Positions 48,319 to 60,534 of a stretch of DNA of 64,000 bases are shown one piece after another; position 1 is the stretch's first letter; each line of letters opens with the position of its first letter. Source of the stretch: Candidatus Eiseniibacteriota bacterium (GTDB lineage: Bacteria; Eisenbacteria; RBG-16-71-46; CAVPCR01); NCBI GenBank assembly GCA_963702435.1, contig CAVPCR010000001.1, forward strand, positions 736,001-800,000, given 5' to 3'. Below the pieces are notes generated by a model. It saw nothing but the letters and a program-made list of their open reading frames with translations. It searched no databases and was not told where the DNA came from. The position numbers were made by a program, and so were the translations under genes.

Positions 48319-48533
48319 TGTCAGGTCTCCTCCTTGAGTGGCGTCGCACGGGCGACGGGTATGGACAGCCGATCGGCCGGTAAGAGAATATGATCTTCGC
48401 CCGCTTGTCAAGAAGAGCAATTTATTGTGCTACAACAAGATACGGGCGCCAATCCGCTCTCTTCCGTGAATTTCTGCTGGCCCGGTCCTTCCGGGCCGAT
48501 TTTCTAGGGGCACCTTTTCGGCCATCCCCCGAT

Positions 48534-49052
48534 CTACTTGGTCTTGACCAGCGGAATCTCCGAGGCCAGCTCGTAGCCCACGATCGCGTCGAGCTTGTTC
48601 TCGATCTGGTAGAAACGGGCCAGCTTCTTCGGCGGGAGGACCTTCTTGAACTTCTTCATGTGGTCCTCGCGCACCGAGAGCTGCTTCTTCGAGATCTCCT
48701 GGAGTTCCTTGAGCATGGCCTCGGCCTGGAGATCGGTCATCGTCTCGTAGCTCTTGGCGTAGTCGGTGATGAGGGCGGCGCTGCGGTCCCCGACCTTGGC
48801 CATCTCGCCGCGGTACTCGCGATAGAGCGGCCAGAAGGCCTGGCTCTCGGCCTCGGTCATGTCCATGTTGGCGGCCACGATCGTCTGGCGCTCGGTCTGG
48901 ATCATCTGCCGCGTGAGCTGCATCGCATCCTCGACCGCACCTGACGTGGCGGCCGTGCCGGACGGGGCGGCCGTTCCCGACTGGGCCGCGGCCAGGCCGC
49001 AGAGGCTCAGGCCGAGCCCGGCGAGCAGGGCGATAACTCCAACAAGACGCAT
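48534..49052 (-). CDS. Secreted all-helical hypothetical protein (Spy/CpxP-like)
   Basis: AGGAGG RBS, signal peptide, M.MTEAESQAFWPLYREY, VLPPKKLARFYQIE. Confidence 0.8.
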   Translation of the reverse strand: MRLVGVIALLAGLGLSLCGLAAAQSGTAAPSGTAATSGAVEDAMQLTRQMIQTERQTIVAANMDMTEAESQAFWPLYREYRGEMAKVGDRSAALITDYAKSYETMTDLQAEAMLKELQEISKKQLSVREDHMKKFKKVLPPKKLARFYQIENKLDAIVGYELASEIPLVKTK

Positions 49053-49229
49053 CGGTGTGACCTCCTGGTTCGAACGTTCGCGAACTCACGCCATCTATAC
49101 AAGTGGCGCTGGAGGGTACAGGACCCCTCGTGGACGGTCAATGGCCCGCCCCGGGGGCACGGCAGGCTCAAGCCCGGCCCTCCGGGCGCAGATAACCCGA
49201 GGGCCGAGCGTACGCCGGGGAAAGGCCCG

Positions 49230-49931
49230 ATGTCTCAATTCGATCGCGCGATCGTCCTCTTCCTGAACCAGTTCGCCCAGCGGTCGTGGACCCTCGACCA
49301 GCTGGCGACCCTCTTCGCCACGACCGACATCATCAAGGGCGGGATCTTCGCGTCGTTCCTGTGGTGGGCGTGGTTCAGGACGGGGCCCGCGCCGAGGCGG
49401 GATCAGGAGATCGTGGTCGCCACGCTCGTCGGCTGCGCGGTCGCGCTCTTCGCGGCGCGCTACCTCGCGCTCACCCTGCCGCACCACGCGCGGCCGATCG
49501 CAGATCCGACGCTCGACTTCGTCCGGCCCTACGGCAAGATGCGGACCAGCCTCGAGCACTGGAACGCTTTCCCGAGCGACCACGCCGCGCTCTTCCTGGG
49601 CCTGGCGACCGGGATCTACCTGGTGTCGAGGCGCCTCGGCCTGTTCACTCTCGCCTACGCGCTCGTCGTCACCGGACTGGCGCGGATCTACCTCGGCCTC
49701 CACTACCCCTCGGACGTGATCGCCGGCGCCGCGCTCGGGGTCGGGACGGTCGGCCTCGCCGTCCAGGAGCGGGTGCGGCGGCCGCTCGCCCGCGCCGTGC
49801 TCGCCTGGCCACAGCGGCGCCCGGCGCTCTTCTACGCGCTCTTCTTCCTCGTGACCTACCAGATCGCGACGCTCTTCTTCGGACTGCGGACCATGGCCGC
49901 GTTCGTGGTCACCGTGCTCACGCGTTCCTAG
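49230..49931 (+). CDS. PAP2-family phosphatase
   Basis: RP, FPSDH and ARIYLGLHYPSD motifs. Confidence 0.92.
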   Translation: MSQFDRAIVLFLNQFAQRSWTLDQLATLFATTDIIKGGIFASFLWWAWFRTGPAPRRDQEIVVATLVGCAVALFAARYLALTLPHHARPIADPTLDFVRPYGKMRTSLEHWNAFPSDHAALFLGLATGIYLVSRRLGLFTLAYALVVTGLARIYLGLHYPSDVIAGAALGVGTVGLAVQERVRRPLARAVLAWPQRRPALFYALFFLVTYQIATLFFGLRTMAAFVVTVLTRS

Positions 49932-49965
49932 CCGGCCGGCCGGCGCGGGCCACGCACCCCCGGGC

Positions 49966-50744
49966 CTATCCGAAGCCGCCCTTCCCCGCACCGCCGTCTC
50001 CCCGCGCCGCGAGCGCGGCGCCGAGGTAATCGCGGTTCAGGCGCGCGATGAACTGGAGGCCGATCCCCTTCGGGCAGGCCGCCTCGCACTCGCCGTGATT
50101 GGTGCAGTTGCCGAAGCCCGCCTCATCCATCGCCCCGACCATCGCGAGCACCCGCTCGCGCCGCTCGGGCTGCCCCTGCGGCAGGAGCCCGAGGTGCGAC
50201 ACCTTGGCCGCCGTGAACAGCATGGCCGAGGCGTTCGGGCAGGCGGCGACACAGGCTCCGCAGCCGATGCAGGCCGCGGCGTCCATCGCCAGGTCGGCGT
50301 TCTCCTTGCGGACGGGAATCGCGTTGCCGTCGGGAGCGCTTCCGGTCGAGACCGAGATGAACCCGCCGGCCTGGACGATGCGCTCGAAGGCCCCGCGATC
50401 CACGATCAGATCGCGGAGCACGGGAAAGGCGCCGGCGCGCCAGGGCTCGATCCACAGCGCGTCGCCGTCCTTGAAGGTCCGCATGTGGAGCTGGCAGGTG
50501 GTGGTGAGCCGGCGCGGCCCGTGCGGGCGCCCGTTCACCACCATGCCGCAGGTGCCGCAGATCCCCTCGCGGCAATCGTGGTCGAAGGCGATCGGATCCT
50601 CGCCGCGGAGGATGAGGCCCTCGTTGACCACATCCAGCATCTCGAGGAAGGACATGTGCGGGCTCACGTCGCGCGCCTCGTAGGTGACGAAGCGCCCGCG
50701 GTCCGCCCGGTTCCGCTGCCGCCAGACGTGAAGGGTGAGGTTCA

Positions 50745-50745
<1 letters not shown>
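49966..50745 (-). CDS. sdhB: Succinate dehydrogenase/fumarate reductase Fe-S subunit
   Basis: [35 protein letters not shown]. Confidence 0.96.
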
Positions 50746-52658
<1,913 letters not shown>

Positions 52659-52692
52659 GGCAGTCGAGACCTCTTGGCGTAAGGGCGGCCGC

Positions 52693-53355
52693 CTAGCGCA
52701 CGACCCCGGTGAGCACGGCGACCGGGATCGAGATGTTCCCGATCACCACGATGAAGGTGAAGAAGGCGGCGGCGGCGCGCCGCCACGCGTTGTAGCGCGG
52801 GTGCTCGAGGCCGAGCGTCTGCACCATGCTCCACACCCCGTGGTACATGTGGAGGCCGAGCGCGAGCATGCAGGCGATGTAGGAGGCCGCCACCGGCCAC
52901 ACCCGGAACCCGGCGACGACGTTGTGATAGACATCGCCGGCCACGAAGTCGTGGTGCACCGAACCGACGGTGAGGTGGAGGAGATGGTAGACGACGAAGG
53001 CGGCGAGGAGCGGCCCGCTCCAGATCATGGTGCGCGAGGCGTAATCGGACGCCTCGTAGCGGAGCCGCCGGTAGCGCTCGGGACGGGCGGCCCGGTTCTC
53101 GAGGGCGAGGGTCACCGCGGCCCAGACGTGGAGGCCGACCGCGGCGAGGAGCACGCCGCGCACTACCCAGATCACCCCGCCGTGCCCCAGCTCGCGCAGG
53201 AGCTCCGCGTAGTGATTGAGCGCCGCCGGGCCCAGGTAGACCTGGAGGTTCCCGATCATGTGCCCGACCACGAACCCGAAGAGGACGATCCCGGTCACGG
53301 CCATCACCAGCTTGCGACCGACCGAGGACTCCAAGTAGAGGACCGCGCTGGTCAT
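52693..53355 (-). CDS. sdhC: Succinate dehydrogenase cytochrome b558 subunit
   Basis: [24 protein letters not shown]; heme-ligand His residues in TM helices. Confidence 0.94.
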   Translation of the reverse strand: MTSAVLYLESSVGRKLVMAVTGIVLFGFVVGHMIGNLQVYLGPAALNHYAELLRELGHGGVIWVVRGVLLAAVGLHVWAAVTLALENRAARPERYRRLRYEASDYASRTMIWSGPLLAAFVVYHLLHLTVGSVHHDFVAGDVYHNVVAGFRVWPVAASYIACMLALGLHMYHGVWSMVQTLGLEHPRYNAWRRAAAAFFTFIVVIGNISIPVAVLTGVVR

Positions 53356-53502
53356 CCTGATCTCCCGAGACTTGAAGGGCGCAAGAGCGGCGGGGAAGCG
53401 CGGGATTCTAGCTTCGCGCGCGGCCGAATGCAAACCGGATGCAGACCGCCCCCGGCGGCGGGCCGAGGGCGGCAGGAGGGCGCTTTGCTCGTGGCGGCGG
53501 CC

Positions 53503-55044
53503 TCACTTCATGAGGAGCATCTTCCTGGTGGCTGTCTCGCCGCCGGCATCCAGACGATAGAAGTAGACGCCCGAGCTCACCGCATCGCCTCGCTCGTCCC
53601 GGCCGCGCCAGGGGACTTGATGGGGGCCGGCGCCGCGCATCTCATGATCGATGAGGGTCATCACCCGTCGGCCCTGCGCGTCGAGGATCTCGAGCGTCAC
53701 CGTCGCCGGAGCGCCGAGCGCGAACCCGATCGCGGTGGCCGGATTGAACGGGTTCGGGCTGTTCTGCTCGAGCGTGAAGCGGAGCGGCGCAGCGGGGGTC
53801 GCCGCCACGTCGGTCGTCGCCGTGCGGAAGGCGCGGACGTCGGTGCCGACGCCGCAGACGACGAGGATCCCGCCCTGGCCGAGCACCGGACCGCCGAGAT
53901 TCACGTTGTTCACGGACCGGGAGAAGCGCACCGTGAGATCGGAATTGAAGCAATAGAGGAAGCCTAGACCGAAGCCGCCGTTCGTGACATAGAGGCGCCC
54001 GGCGGCGTCCGCCGCCATGCGCGGCTGCATCGGGAAGTCAGCCATGATCGGCGCCGAGATGGCGAGCGTGTCGCCGGTCGCCGGGTCGAGCCGGAGGATC
54101 TCGCGCGCCGCCGTGTAGCTGAAGACGCTCCCGTCCGGGCCGATGGCGAAGGAGGCGAACGGCACGTAGCCGAGCGGCACCCGCCACCTCTCGACGAGCG
54201 CGCTCCCGGTGTCGCGGAGCGCGATCAGGTAGTCGGTCGACGCGTTGTTCTGAGAGCGCGGGGCATAGACCGTGCCGTCCGGGCCGACGAAGAGCCCCAG
54301 CTGCTGCACGAGCCCGCCGTAGCCCGGGCTCTGGTACAGCCGCTGGCCGGTCGCCAGGTCGAACGCCGACACCTTGGGTCCGGTCCCGCTCGCCTCCCAG
54401 ATGTAGACGCGATCGCCGAAGACCGCCGCCGAGCTGCCGTTCGAGGTCGGGCTCGAGCGCGGCGTCGACCACACGGTCGACCCGTCGTTCTTCTCGATAC
54501 GCCGGACCGAGGTGAAGTTGCCGACGATGAGATCGCCGTCGGCGGCGTAGGCTGCGCTCTCGGTCGTCTCCTCGCCGATCTTCTCGGCCGAGCGCCAGAT
54601 GATCGAGCCGTCGGCGGGATCGAGCGCGTAGAGGTAGTCGAGGCGGGAGTCGCCGGCGCGGGTCGCGTACACGTGCCCGTCGCGGATGCCGGTCACCTTC
54701 TCCCGATGCCCGGGCTCCTGCGGATCGTAAGGGAGGTGCACCGCCCAGAGCTCGGCGCCGGTCGCGAGATCGTGCGCCACGAGCCAGGTGCCGCCCGGGA
54801 TGGCGAAGCTCTCCATGCGGTTCAGGACGAGGAGGTTCCCCGCGGCGCATCCCTGCTGCGCGATGACCGAGGGACGGCTGCCCTGCCACAGGATCGCCGG
54901 ATCGGCGGGCCCGCTCTCGGTGGAGAGCCCGGCCCGGGTCGCGTCCCTGCCGACCGGGGTGGTCCAGTCGTCGGCGGCGGCGGGGCCGGCGGCGGCGAGA
55001 ACAAGGGCGAGAGCGAGAGCGGCGGGAGCAAAGCGGATGAGCAT
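53503..55044 (-). CDS. Secreted PQQ-like beta-propeller protein with a FlgD-Ig C-terminus
   Basis: Signal peptide; DLATGAELW and ALDPADGSIIW repeats; QNSPNPFNP..DAQGR..SSGVYFYRL. Confidence 0.88.
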   Translation of the reverse strand: MLIRFAPAALALALVLAAAGPAAADDWTTPVGRDATRAGLSTESGPADPAILWQGSRPSVIAQQGCAAGNLLVLNRMESFAIPGGTWLVAHDLATGAELWAVHLPYDPQEPGHREKVTGIRDGHVYATRAGDSRLDYLYALDPADGSIIWRSAEKIGEETTESAAYAADGDLIVGNFTSVRRIEKNDGSTVWSTPRSSPTSNGSSAAVFGDRVYIWEASGTGPKVSAFDLATGQRLYQSPGYGGLVQQLGLFVGPDGTVYAPRSQNNASTDYLIALRDTGSALVERWRVPLGYVPFASFAIGPDGSVFSYTAAREILRLDPATGDTLAISAPIMADFPMQPRMAADAAGRLYVTNGGFGLGFLYCFNSDLTVRFSRSVNNVNLGGPVLGQGGILVVCGVGTDVRAFRTATTDVAATPAAPLRFTLEQNSPNPFNPATAIGFALGAPATVTLEILDAQGRRVMTLIDHEMRGAGPHQVPWRGRDERGDAVSSGVYFYRLDAGGETATRKMLLMK

Positions 55045-55271
55045 GCGTGGGGCCCTCCCGAGCAAGCGAGCGCTGGCGCGCCGCTCCAAGGCAGCCGGAC
55101 CTGGTGCAGCGCCGCCGGCCTGGTGCAGCGCCGAGACTGGGTCTATCTATTGTACCATCACCGCCGCCCGCCGCGGGCTCGGGAAAGGCAGGCTGCTCGT
55201 CCGTTCCCGTTCTGATAGGCTTTTCGCCCACACGAGCCGGCTTTAGTCCAGCTCCGGCTCGAGGAGGCAGG

Positions 55272-56795
55272 ATGATCTCCTTCCACGCGCCGATCCGGCG
55301 CCGCCGTTTTCTTGGCCTCGCCGGCGCCGCCGCCGGCCTCGCCGCCGCCGCCCCGTTCACCCGGTTCCTCGGCCTCGACGCCGCACTGGCCGCCGAGGCC
55401 GGCTTCCCGCTCACCGCCGAGTCCGCCGCCCGCATTCTCGCCGCGGCGCGCGCGCGCGGTGCCGCCTTCGCCGATCTCTATCTCGAACGGAGCATCGTCA
55501 CCCGGCTGACCCTCGCGGAACAATCGATCGAGTCGGTCGAGCAAGGCGTGCACGCCGGCGGCGGCGTGCGCGCGGTGGACGGCCATCGCACCGGGTACGC
55601 CTTCGCCGATGCGTTCGCTGAGAAGCCGCTGGTCGAGGCGGCGCGGAACGCCGCCGCGATCGCCGCGCGCGACGGAGCGAACCCCGCTGCGATCACCTTC
55701 CACAAGACGGCGCCGACGACGCCGATCGTCCGCTGCGCGCGGCCCCTCGATCTCGTGAGCGAGGACGAGCGCGTGGGCTGGTTGAAGCGCGCCGACCAGG
55801 CCGCGCGCGCCCACGACCCGGCGGTCCAGCAGGTGACGATCGAGTACACGGACGCAATGACGCGCTTCGCCGTCATCAACTCGGACGGGCTCTGGATCGA
55901 GGACACGCTGCCGCTCGTCTTCATGCGCATCAACGTGATCGCGGCCCGCAACGGCAAGCGCGGCACCGGGAGCGAGCGGCTCTCCTACCGCCGCGGCGCC
56001 GAGCAGATGGACGCGGATGCGGCCGGGAAGGCGGCAGCAGAGGCGGCGCGCCAGGCGGTCGCCATGATCGAGGCGGTGGAAGCGCCGTCCGGCGAGATGC
56101 CGGTCATCATCGCCGCCGGCGGCGGCGTCCTCTTCCACGAGGCGATCGGGCACGGGCTCGAGGGGGACGGCGTCTACCGCGGGACCTCGTTCTATGCGGG
56201 GCGGATCGGGGAGACGGTGGGCTCGGAGCGCGTGACGCTCATCGACACCGGCGCCATTCCCGATCTCCGCGGCTCCTACAACGTGGACGACGAGGGGACG
56301 CCGCCGGCCGAGAACCGGCTGATCGAGAAGGGCGTGCTCAAGGGCTTCCTCACCGATCGCATCGCGGCCGCGATGCTCGAGGCGCCGCTCACCGGGAGCG
56401 GGCGCCGGCAGTCCTACCGCTTCCCGCCGCTCGTCCGCATGAGCAACACCTATCTCGAGCAGGGCGAGGACGACGTCGAGGAGATCATCCGCACGACGAA
56501 GAGCGGGATCTACGCGCGTGCGCTCGGCGGCGGCGAGGTGGACACGACGAGCGGCAACTTCACCTTCGGCGTGCTCGAGGCCTACCGCATCGAGGACGGC
56601 AAGCTCGGCGCCCCGGTGCGCGGGGCGAACCTCGTCGGGAACGGGCCCGAGATCCTGAAACGGATCGACCGCGTCGGGCCGGACTTGAAGTTCTGGAACG
56701 GAACCTGCGGCAAGGGGCAGTGGGTGCCGGTCACCTCGGGCGCGCCGACGCTCCGCATCGCGTCGATGACGGTCGGCGGCTCGGGTCAGGGCTAG
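55272..56795 (+). CDS. tldD: TldD metalloprotease with a twin-arginine signal
   Basis: RRRRFLG Tat motif; FHEAIGHGLEGD, DDEGT, RMSNT, CGK. Confidence 0.93.
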   Translation: MISFHAPIRRRRFLGLAGAAAGLAAAAPFTRFLGLDAALAAEAGFPLTAESAARILAAARARGAAFADLYLERSIVTRLTLAEQSIESVEQGVHAGGGVRAVDGHRTGYAFADAFAEKPLVEAARNAAAIAARDGANPAAITFHKTAPTTPIVRCARPLDLVSEDERVGWLKRADQAARAHDPAVQQVTIEYTDAMTRFAVINSDGLWIEDTLPLVFMRINVIAARNGKRGTGSERLSYRRGAEQMDADAAGKAAAEAARQAVAMIEAVEAPSGEMPVIIAAGGGVLFHEAIGHGLEGDGVYRGTSFYAGRIGETVGSERVTLIDTGAIPDLRGSYNVDDEGTPPAENRLIEKGVLKGFLTDRIAAAMLEAPLTGSGRRQSYRFPPLVRMSNTYLEQGEDDVEEIIRTTKSGIYARALGGGEVDTTSGNFTFGVLEAYRIEDGKLGAPVRGANLVGNGPEILKRIDRVGPDLKFWNGTCGKGQWVPVTSGAPTLRIASMTVGGSGQG

Positions 56796-56829
56796 GCCGG
56801 GCGAGCGCGGCACGGGAAGGGAGATCGAC

Positions 56830-58188
56830 GTGAACGAGCAAGTCCTGCTCGAGAAGACGCTGGGCCTCTTGAAGGCCGGCGGCGCCGAGGGGGATGCCTA
56901 TCTGGTCGAGCGCCGCACGCTCGAGCTCCGCGTGCGCGAGGACGAGCTGGAAACGCTCTCGCGCGCCGACGTGCGCGGCCTCGCGGTGCGCGCCATGCGC
57001 GATGGGCGGCTCGGCTTCGTGCACACCTCCGCCGTGGACGAGGACGGCGTCCAGCGCGCGGCCGAGAAGGCGCTCGCCCTCGCCAGGGCGGGGAGCCCGC
57101 GCGATGACCTCGTCCTCCCCGATCCCGCGGGTCCGGGCGACGGGCGGGACGAGGGCGCGGCGCTCGGGATCCACGACGCGGCGATCGAGGAACACACGAT
57201 CGAGGAGAAGAAGGAACGCGCGCGGGCCGCCGACGCCGCCGCCCGCGCCGCCGATCCGAAGATCCGTCCGGGCGATGGCGGCGGGTACGAGGAGAACGTG
57301 ACCGCGCACTGGATCGCCAACACGCGCGGCCTCTTCCGCCACGCGCGCCGGAGCCAGGTCGCAGCCAGCGCGAGCGTGATCGCCGAGGAGGCGGGCGACA
57401 TGCAGCCCGGCGAATACTTCGTGGAGGCGACGCGCTACTCGGACCTCCTCGCGCCCGAGGAGCTCGGGCGACGCGCCGCCGACCGCGCGCTCCGGCTCCT
57501 CGGCGGCCGCCCGGTCCCGACCGGCCGCTACCCGGTGGTCGTGAGCCCCGATGTCGGCTGGACGCTCCTCCTCCGGCTCGCCGTCGCCCTGAGCGGCGAG
57601 CACCTGAGCCGGAAGCGCTCGTGGCTCGCCGATCGCGGCGACCAGCCGCTCGGGAGCGCGCTCGTCACCGTGCACGACAACGCGCGCATGCCGGGCGGGC
57701 TCGCGACCACGCCCTTCGACGCCGAGGGTGTCGACACGCGCGATGTCACGCTCCTCGCGGCGGGGGCCGTGCGCGGGCAGCTCACAGATCTCGCCTCGGC
57801 CAAGCGGCTCGGCATCCCGTCGAACGGGAACGCGCGGCGCGACGGCTACGAAGGCCTCCCCGAGATCCGGTCGAGCAATCTCTACCTCGCGCCCGGCACG
57901 AGCAAGCGCGAGGAGATCCTCGCGAGCGTCGACCGGGGCTTCTGGGTATGGGGGCTCTCCGGCTGGTGGATCGGCATGGAGCCCGCGAACCCGACCTTCT
58001 CGAGCGCCGCCTCCGGTCTCTGGATCGAGAAGGGCCAGCCGACGAAAGCGGTGGCGCGGGTCACGATCGCCGGCTCGATGGAGGAGATCCTCGGCGGGAT
58101 CGACATGGTCGCCGACGATCTCGTGTGGGATCATGCCACCAAGACCCCGACCTTCCGCGTGCGCGAGCTCGCGGTGTCCGGGACCTAG
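56830..58188 (+). CDS. pmbA: PmbA/TldE partner subunit
   Basis: PFDAEGV, SNGNA, SNLYLAPG, TIAG; no HExxxH motif. Confidence 0.9.
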   Translation: MNEQVLLEKTLGLLKAGGAEGDAYLVERRTLELRVREDELETLSRADVRGLAVRAMRDGRLGFVHTSAVDEDGVQRAAEKALALARAGSPRDDLVLPDPAGPGDGRDEGAALGIHDAAIEEHTIEEKKERARAADAAARAADPKIRPGDGGGYEENVTAHWIANTRGLFRHARRSQVAASASVIAEEAGDMQPGEYFVEATRYSDLLAPEELGRRAADRALRLLGGRPVPTGRYPVVVSPDVGWTLLLRLAVALSGEHLSRKRSWLADRGDQPLGSALVTVHDNARMPGGLATTPFDAEGVDTRDVTLLAAGAVRGQLTDLASAKRLGIPSNGNARRDGYEGLPEIRSSNLYLAPGTSKREEILASVDRGFWVWGLSGWWIGMEPANPTFSSAASGLWIEKGQPTKAVARVTIAGSMEEILGGIDMVADDLVWDHATKTPTFRVRELAVSGT

Positions 58189-58210
58189 ACCTAGAACAGT
58201 GGAGGTTCAT

Positions 58211-58738
58211 GTGATAACGCTAACCGACCTGCTCAAGCAGGAAGCGAACGGCATGTACGCCGCGACCGAGGGCCTGATCCGCGCGGTGGACCAGGACAAG
58301 CTCGGCTGGAAGCCGGCGACCGGCCGGAACTGGATGACGACCGGGCAGCTCGTCCAGCACCTGACAAACGCCTGCGGGGCGATGATCAAGGGGTTCGTGA
58401 CCGGGGACTGGGGTCTCCCCGCGGGGACCAAGATGGAGGATCTGCCCCCGGATCAGATGCTGCCCCCCGCCGAGAAGATGCCGGCGGCGACGAGCATCGA
58501 CGCAGCGCTCGCCGGGCTCGCCGCCGACCAGGCCGTCGCGCTCGAGTACATCGGGAAGGCCGGCGAGGCGAACCTCCTCACGACGAAGATGGCGGCGCCG
58601 TGGGGCGGCCCCGAGGTCACCCTCTTCCAGCACCTGATGACCTCGCTCCATCATCTCGGCCAGCACAAGGGCCAGCTCTTCTACTACCTGAAGCTCCAGG
58701 GCAAGGACGTGAACACGATGCACCTGTGGGGGATGTAG
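58211..58738 (+). CDS. DinB-family protein
   Basis: GGAGG RBS; WKP...TTGQLVQHL, HHLGQHKGQLFYYLK. Confidence 0.88.
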   Translation: MITLTDLLKQEANGMYAATEGLIRAVDQDKLGWKPATGRNWMTTGQLVQHLTNACGAMIKGFVTGDWGLPAGTKMEDLPPDQMLPPAEKMPAATSIDAALAGLAADQAVALEYIGKAGEANLLTTKMAAPWGGPEVTLFQHLMTSLHHLGQHKGQLFYYLKLQGKDVNTMHLWGM

Positions 58739-58753
58739 AAAGGCGCGCGCTCT

Positions 58754-59536
58754 TCACGCGGGGAGCGCGGCGAGGATCGCCGGGAGCATCACCCCCGCCT
58801 CGCCGCGCAGCACCACGTCCGCGATCCCGTCGTAGTCGGTGGGGGTCCGGTTCACGAGGATGACGCCGGCCCCGTGCTGCTTCGCCGCCGGCACCAGGGA
58901 GGCCGCCGGGAAGACGACGAGCGACGACCCGATCGCGATCAGGAGCTCGGAGGCCGCCGCCTCCATGAAGGCGCGCCGGGTCTCCGCTTCCGGCATCGCC
59001 TGCCCGAAGGAGACGGTCTTCGGCTTGAGCGGGCCGCCGCAGACGTCGCAGGTCGGCTCGAGGACCCCGTCCTCCTCCATCCAGCGCTGCACCTCGCCGC
59101 GCGGCCACTCCTTGCCGCAGCCGAGGCAGCCCGCGCGCATCGCGTTCCCGTGCAGCTCGATCACGTCGGTCGAGCCGGCGCGCTGGTGGAGGCCGTCGAT
59201 GTTCTGCGTGATCACGCAGCGGAGGAGCTCGCGCCGCTCGAGCTCGGCGAGAGCGAGATGCCCGGGATTGGGCTCGGCGTCCCGCATCGCGGGATACATC
59301 TCGCGGCTCCAGCACCAGTACTTCCGGCGCGCCTCGGCGCGCGCGACGAAGTTCTGGTACGAGAACTCCGCCGGGTCGTACTTGCTCCAGATCCCGGTCG
59401 GGCTCCGGAAGTCGGGGACACCCGACTCGGTCGAGATGCCGGCGCCGGTCAAGCGCGATGGTGCGGCGCGCGGCGGCGACGAGCAGCGCGGCCGCGGCGC
59501 GACCGAGTCGGGGTGGTCCACCGGGGGCCCGCTCAC
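58754..59536 (-). CDS. cobB: NAD-dependent protein deacylase (Sir2)
   Basis: TGAGISTESGVPDFR, TQNIDGLH, ELHG, CxxC pairs, GSSLVVFPAA; the N-terminus has compensating indels. Confidence 0.93.
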   Translation of the reverse strand: MSGPPVDHPDSVAPRPRCSSPPRAAPSRLTGAGISTESGVPDFRSPTGIWSKYDPAEFSYQNFVARAEARRKYWCWSREMYPAMRDAEPNPGHLALAELERRELLRCVITQNIDGLHQRAGSTDVIELHGNAMRAGCLGCGKEWPRGEVQRWMEEDGVLEPTCDVCGGPLKPKTVSFGQAMPEAETRRAFMEAAASELLIAIGSSLVVFPAASLVPAAKQHGAGVILVNRTPTDYDGIADVVLRGEAGVMLPAILAALPA

Positions 59537-60330
59537 TCGAGCATGCGCTCTACCGCCTGGTACTCCGTGTGCACGGTCTCGATCGCCGGGCTGATCGCCT
59601 TCCAGTCGCCGCCGTCCGCCACCTTCTTCAGTTCTTGCGTTTTGGCGCAGAGATCGGCGACACCGGCCTGGTAGGCCTTGACCTTGGCCTCATCGCCGGC
59701 GATCCGCCGCGGGGCGCCGGCCGCGCTCAGGCTGTCGCACCTGGCGGCGAGCTCGACCGTGGATGCGCGGAGCGCATCGAGCTGCTGCTGCGGGCCCTGA
59801 TGGTGATAGATCTGGTAGAGGACGACGTGATAGGCCTCGAGCTCGGCGGAGCGCGGGCGGACGAGCCGGATCAGGGACTCGAACTCGCCGTGGAGCGCCT
59901 CGACCGAGTCGAGCATCGCCTGCTCGTCGTTCGCCGCCACCGCCGCCTCGTAGCTCGCGGTGGCCGCGGTGAGCTTCTTGACCCCCGCGTCCCAGTCCGC
60001 CTGCTTGTCGCGGAGGATCCCCGGGAGCTTGGCCGCCTCGACCGCCGCCACGTCCTTCTTCACCTGCGGCAGGAGCTCCTTCATCTGCGCGTAGTTCTTC
60101 TCGGGCCACGCGCCGTGCCACAGCGGATAGATGACCTCGTGGAGCTGCGTCAGCTCGGGCACCTCGGCCTTGAGCTCGGCGGGGACGGTGGCCTGCGCCG
60201 CCACGTCGGCCGACGCCGTCGTCGCCGGCGCGCCATGGGCGGCGCACCCCGCGTCCGCTCCGGCCAGGCGGCTCGCGCCGAGGAGCACGAGCCCGAGCAT
60301 CAGGGCGAATCCATGCGATCGCTGCATCAT
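59533..60330 (-). CDS. Secreted helical protein with duplicated His motifs
   Basis: Signal peptide; ELTQLHEVIYPLWH / ELEAYHVVLYQIYH and VEALHGEF / IETVHTEY. Confidence 0.8.
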   Translation of the reverse strand: MMQRSHGFALMLGLVLLGASRLAGADAGCAAHGAPATTASADVAAQATVPAELKAEVPELTQLHEVIYPLWHGAWPEKNYAQMKELLPQVKKDVAAVEAAKLPGILRDKQADWDAGVKKLTAATASYEAAVAANDEQAMLDSVEALHGEFESLIRLVRPRSAELEAYHVVLYQIYHHQGPQQQLDALRASTVELAARCDSLSAAGAPRRIAGDEAKVKAYQAGVADLCAKTQELKKVADGGDWKAISPAIETVHTEYQAVERMLE

Positions 60331-60534
60331 CGTTCGATCCTCTCTCCGCGGCGCTGCCGGCGGCCGGTCGTCTCGATGCCGGGCCTCCGGCCGGCGGCGC
60401 CCCGCGTCCTGGGGGTACCGGCGGTCGATTATAGCGGGGAACACGCCGCCGCGCGCGCGCCATCCGGCGCGGCGCCGGAGCGGCATCCCGAGCGGCGCCG
60501 GAGCGGGCCGGAGCGTGGTAGATTCAGCGGCCAG

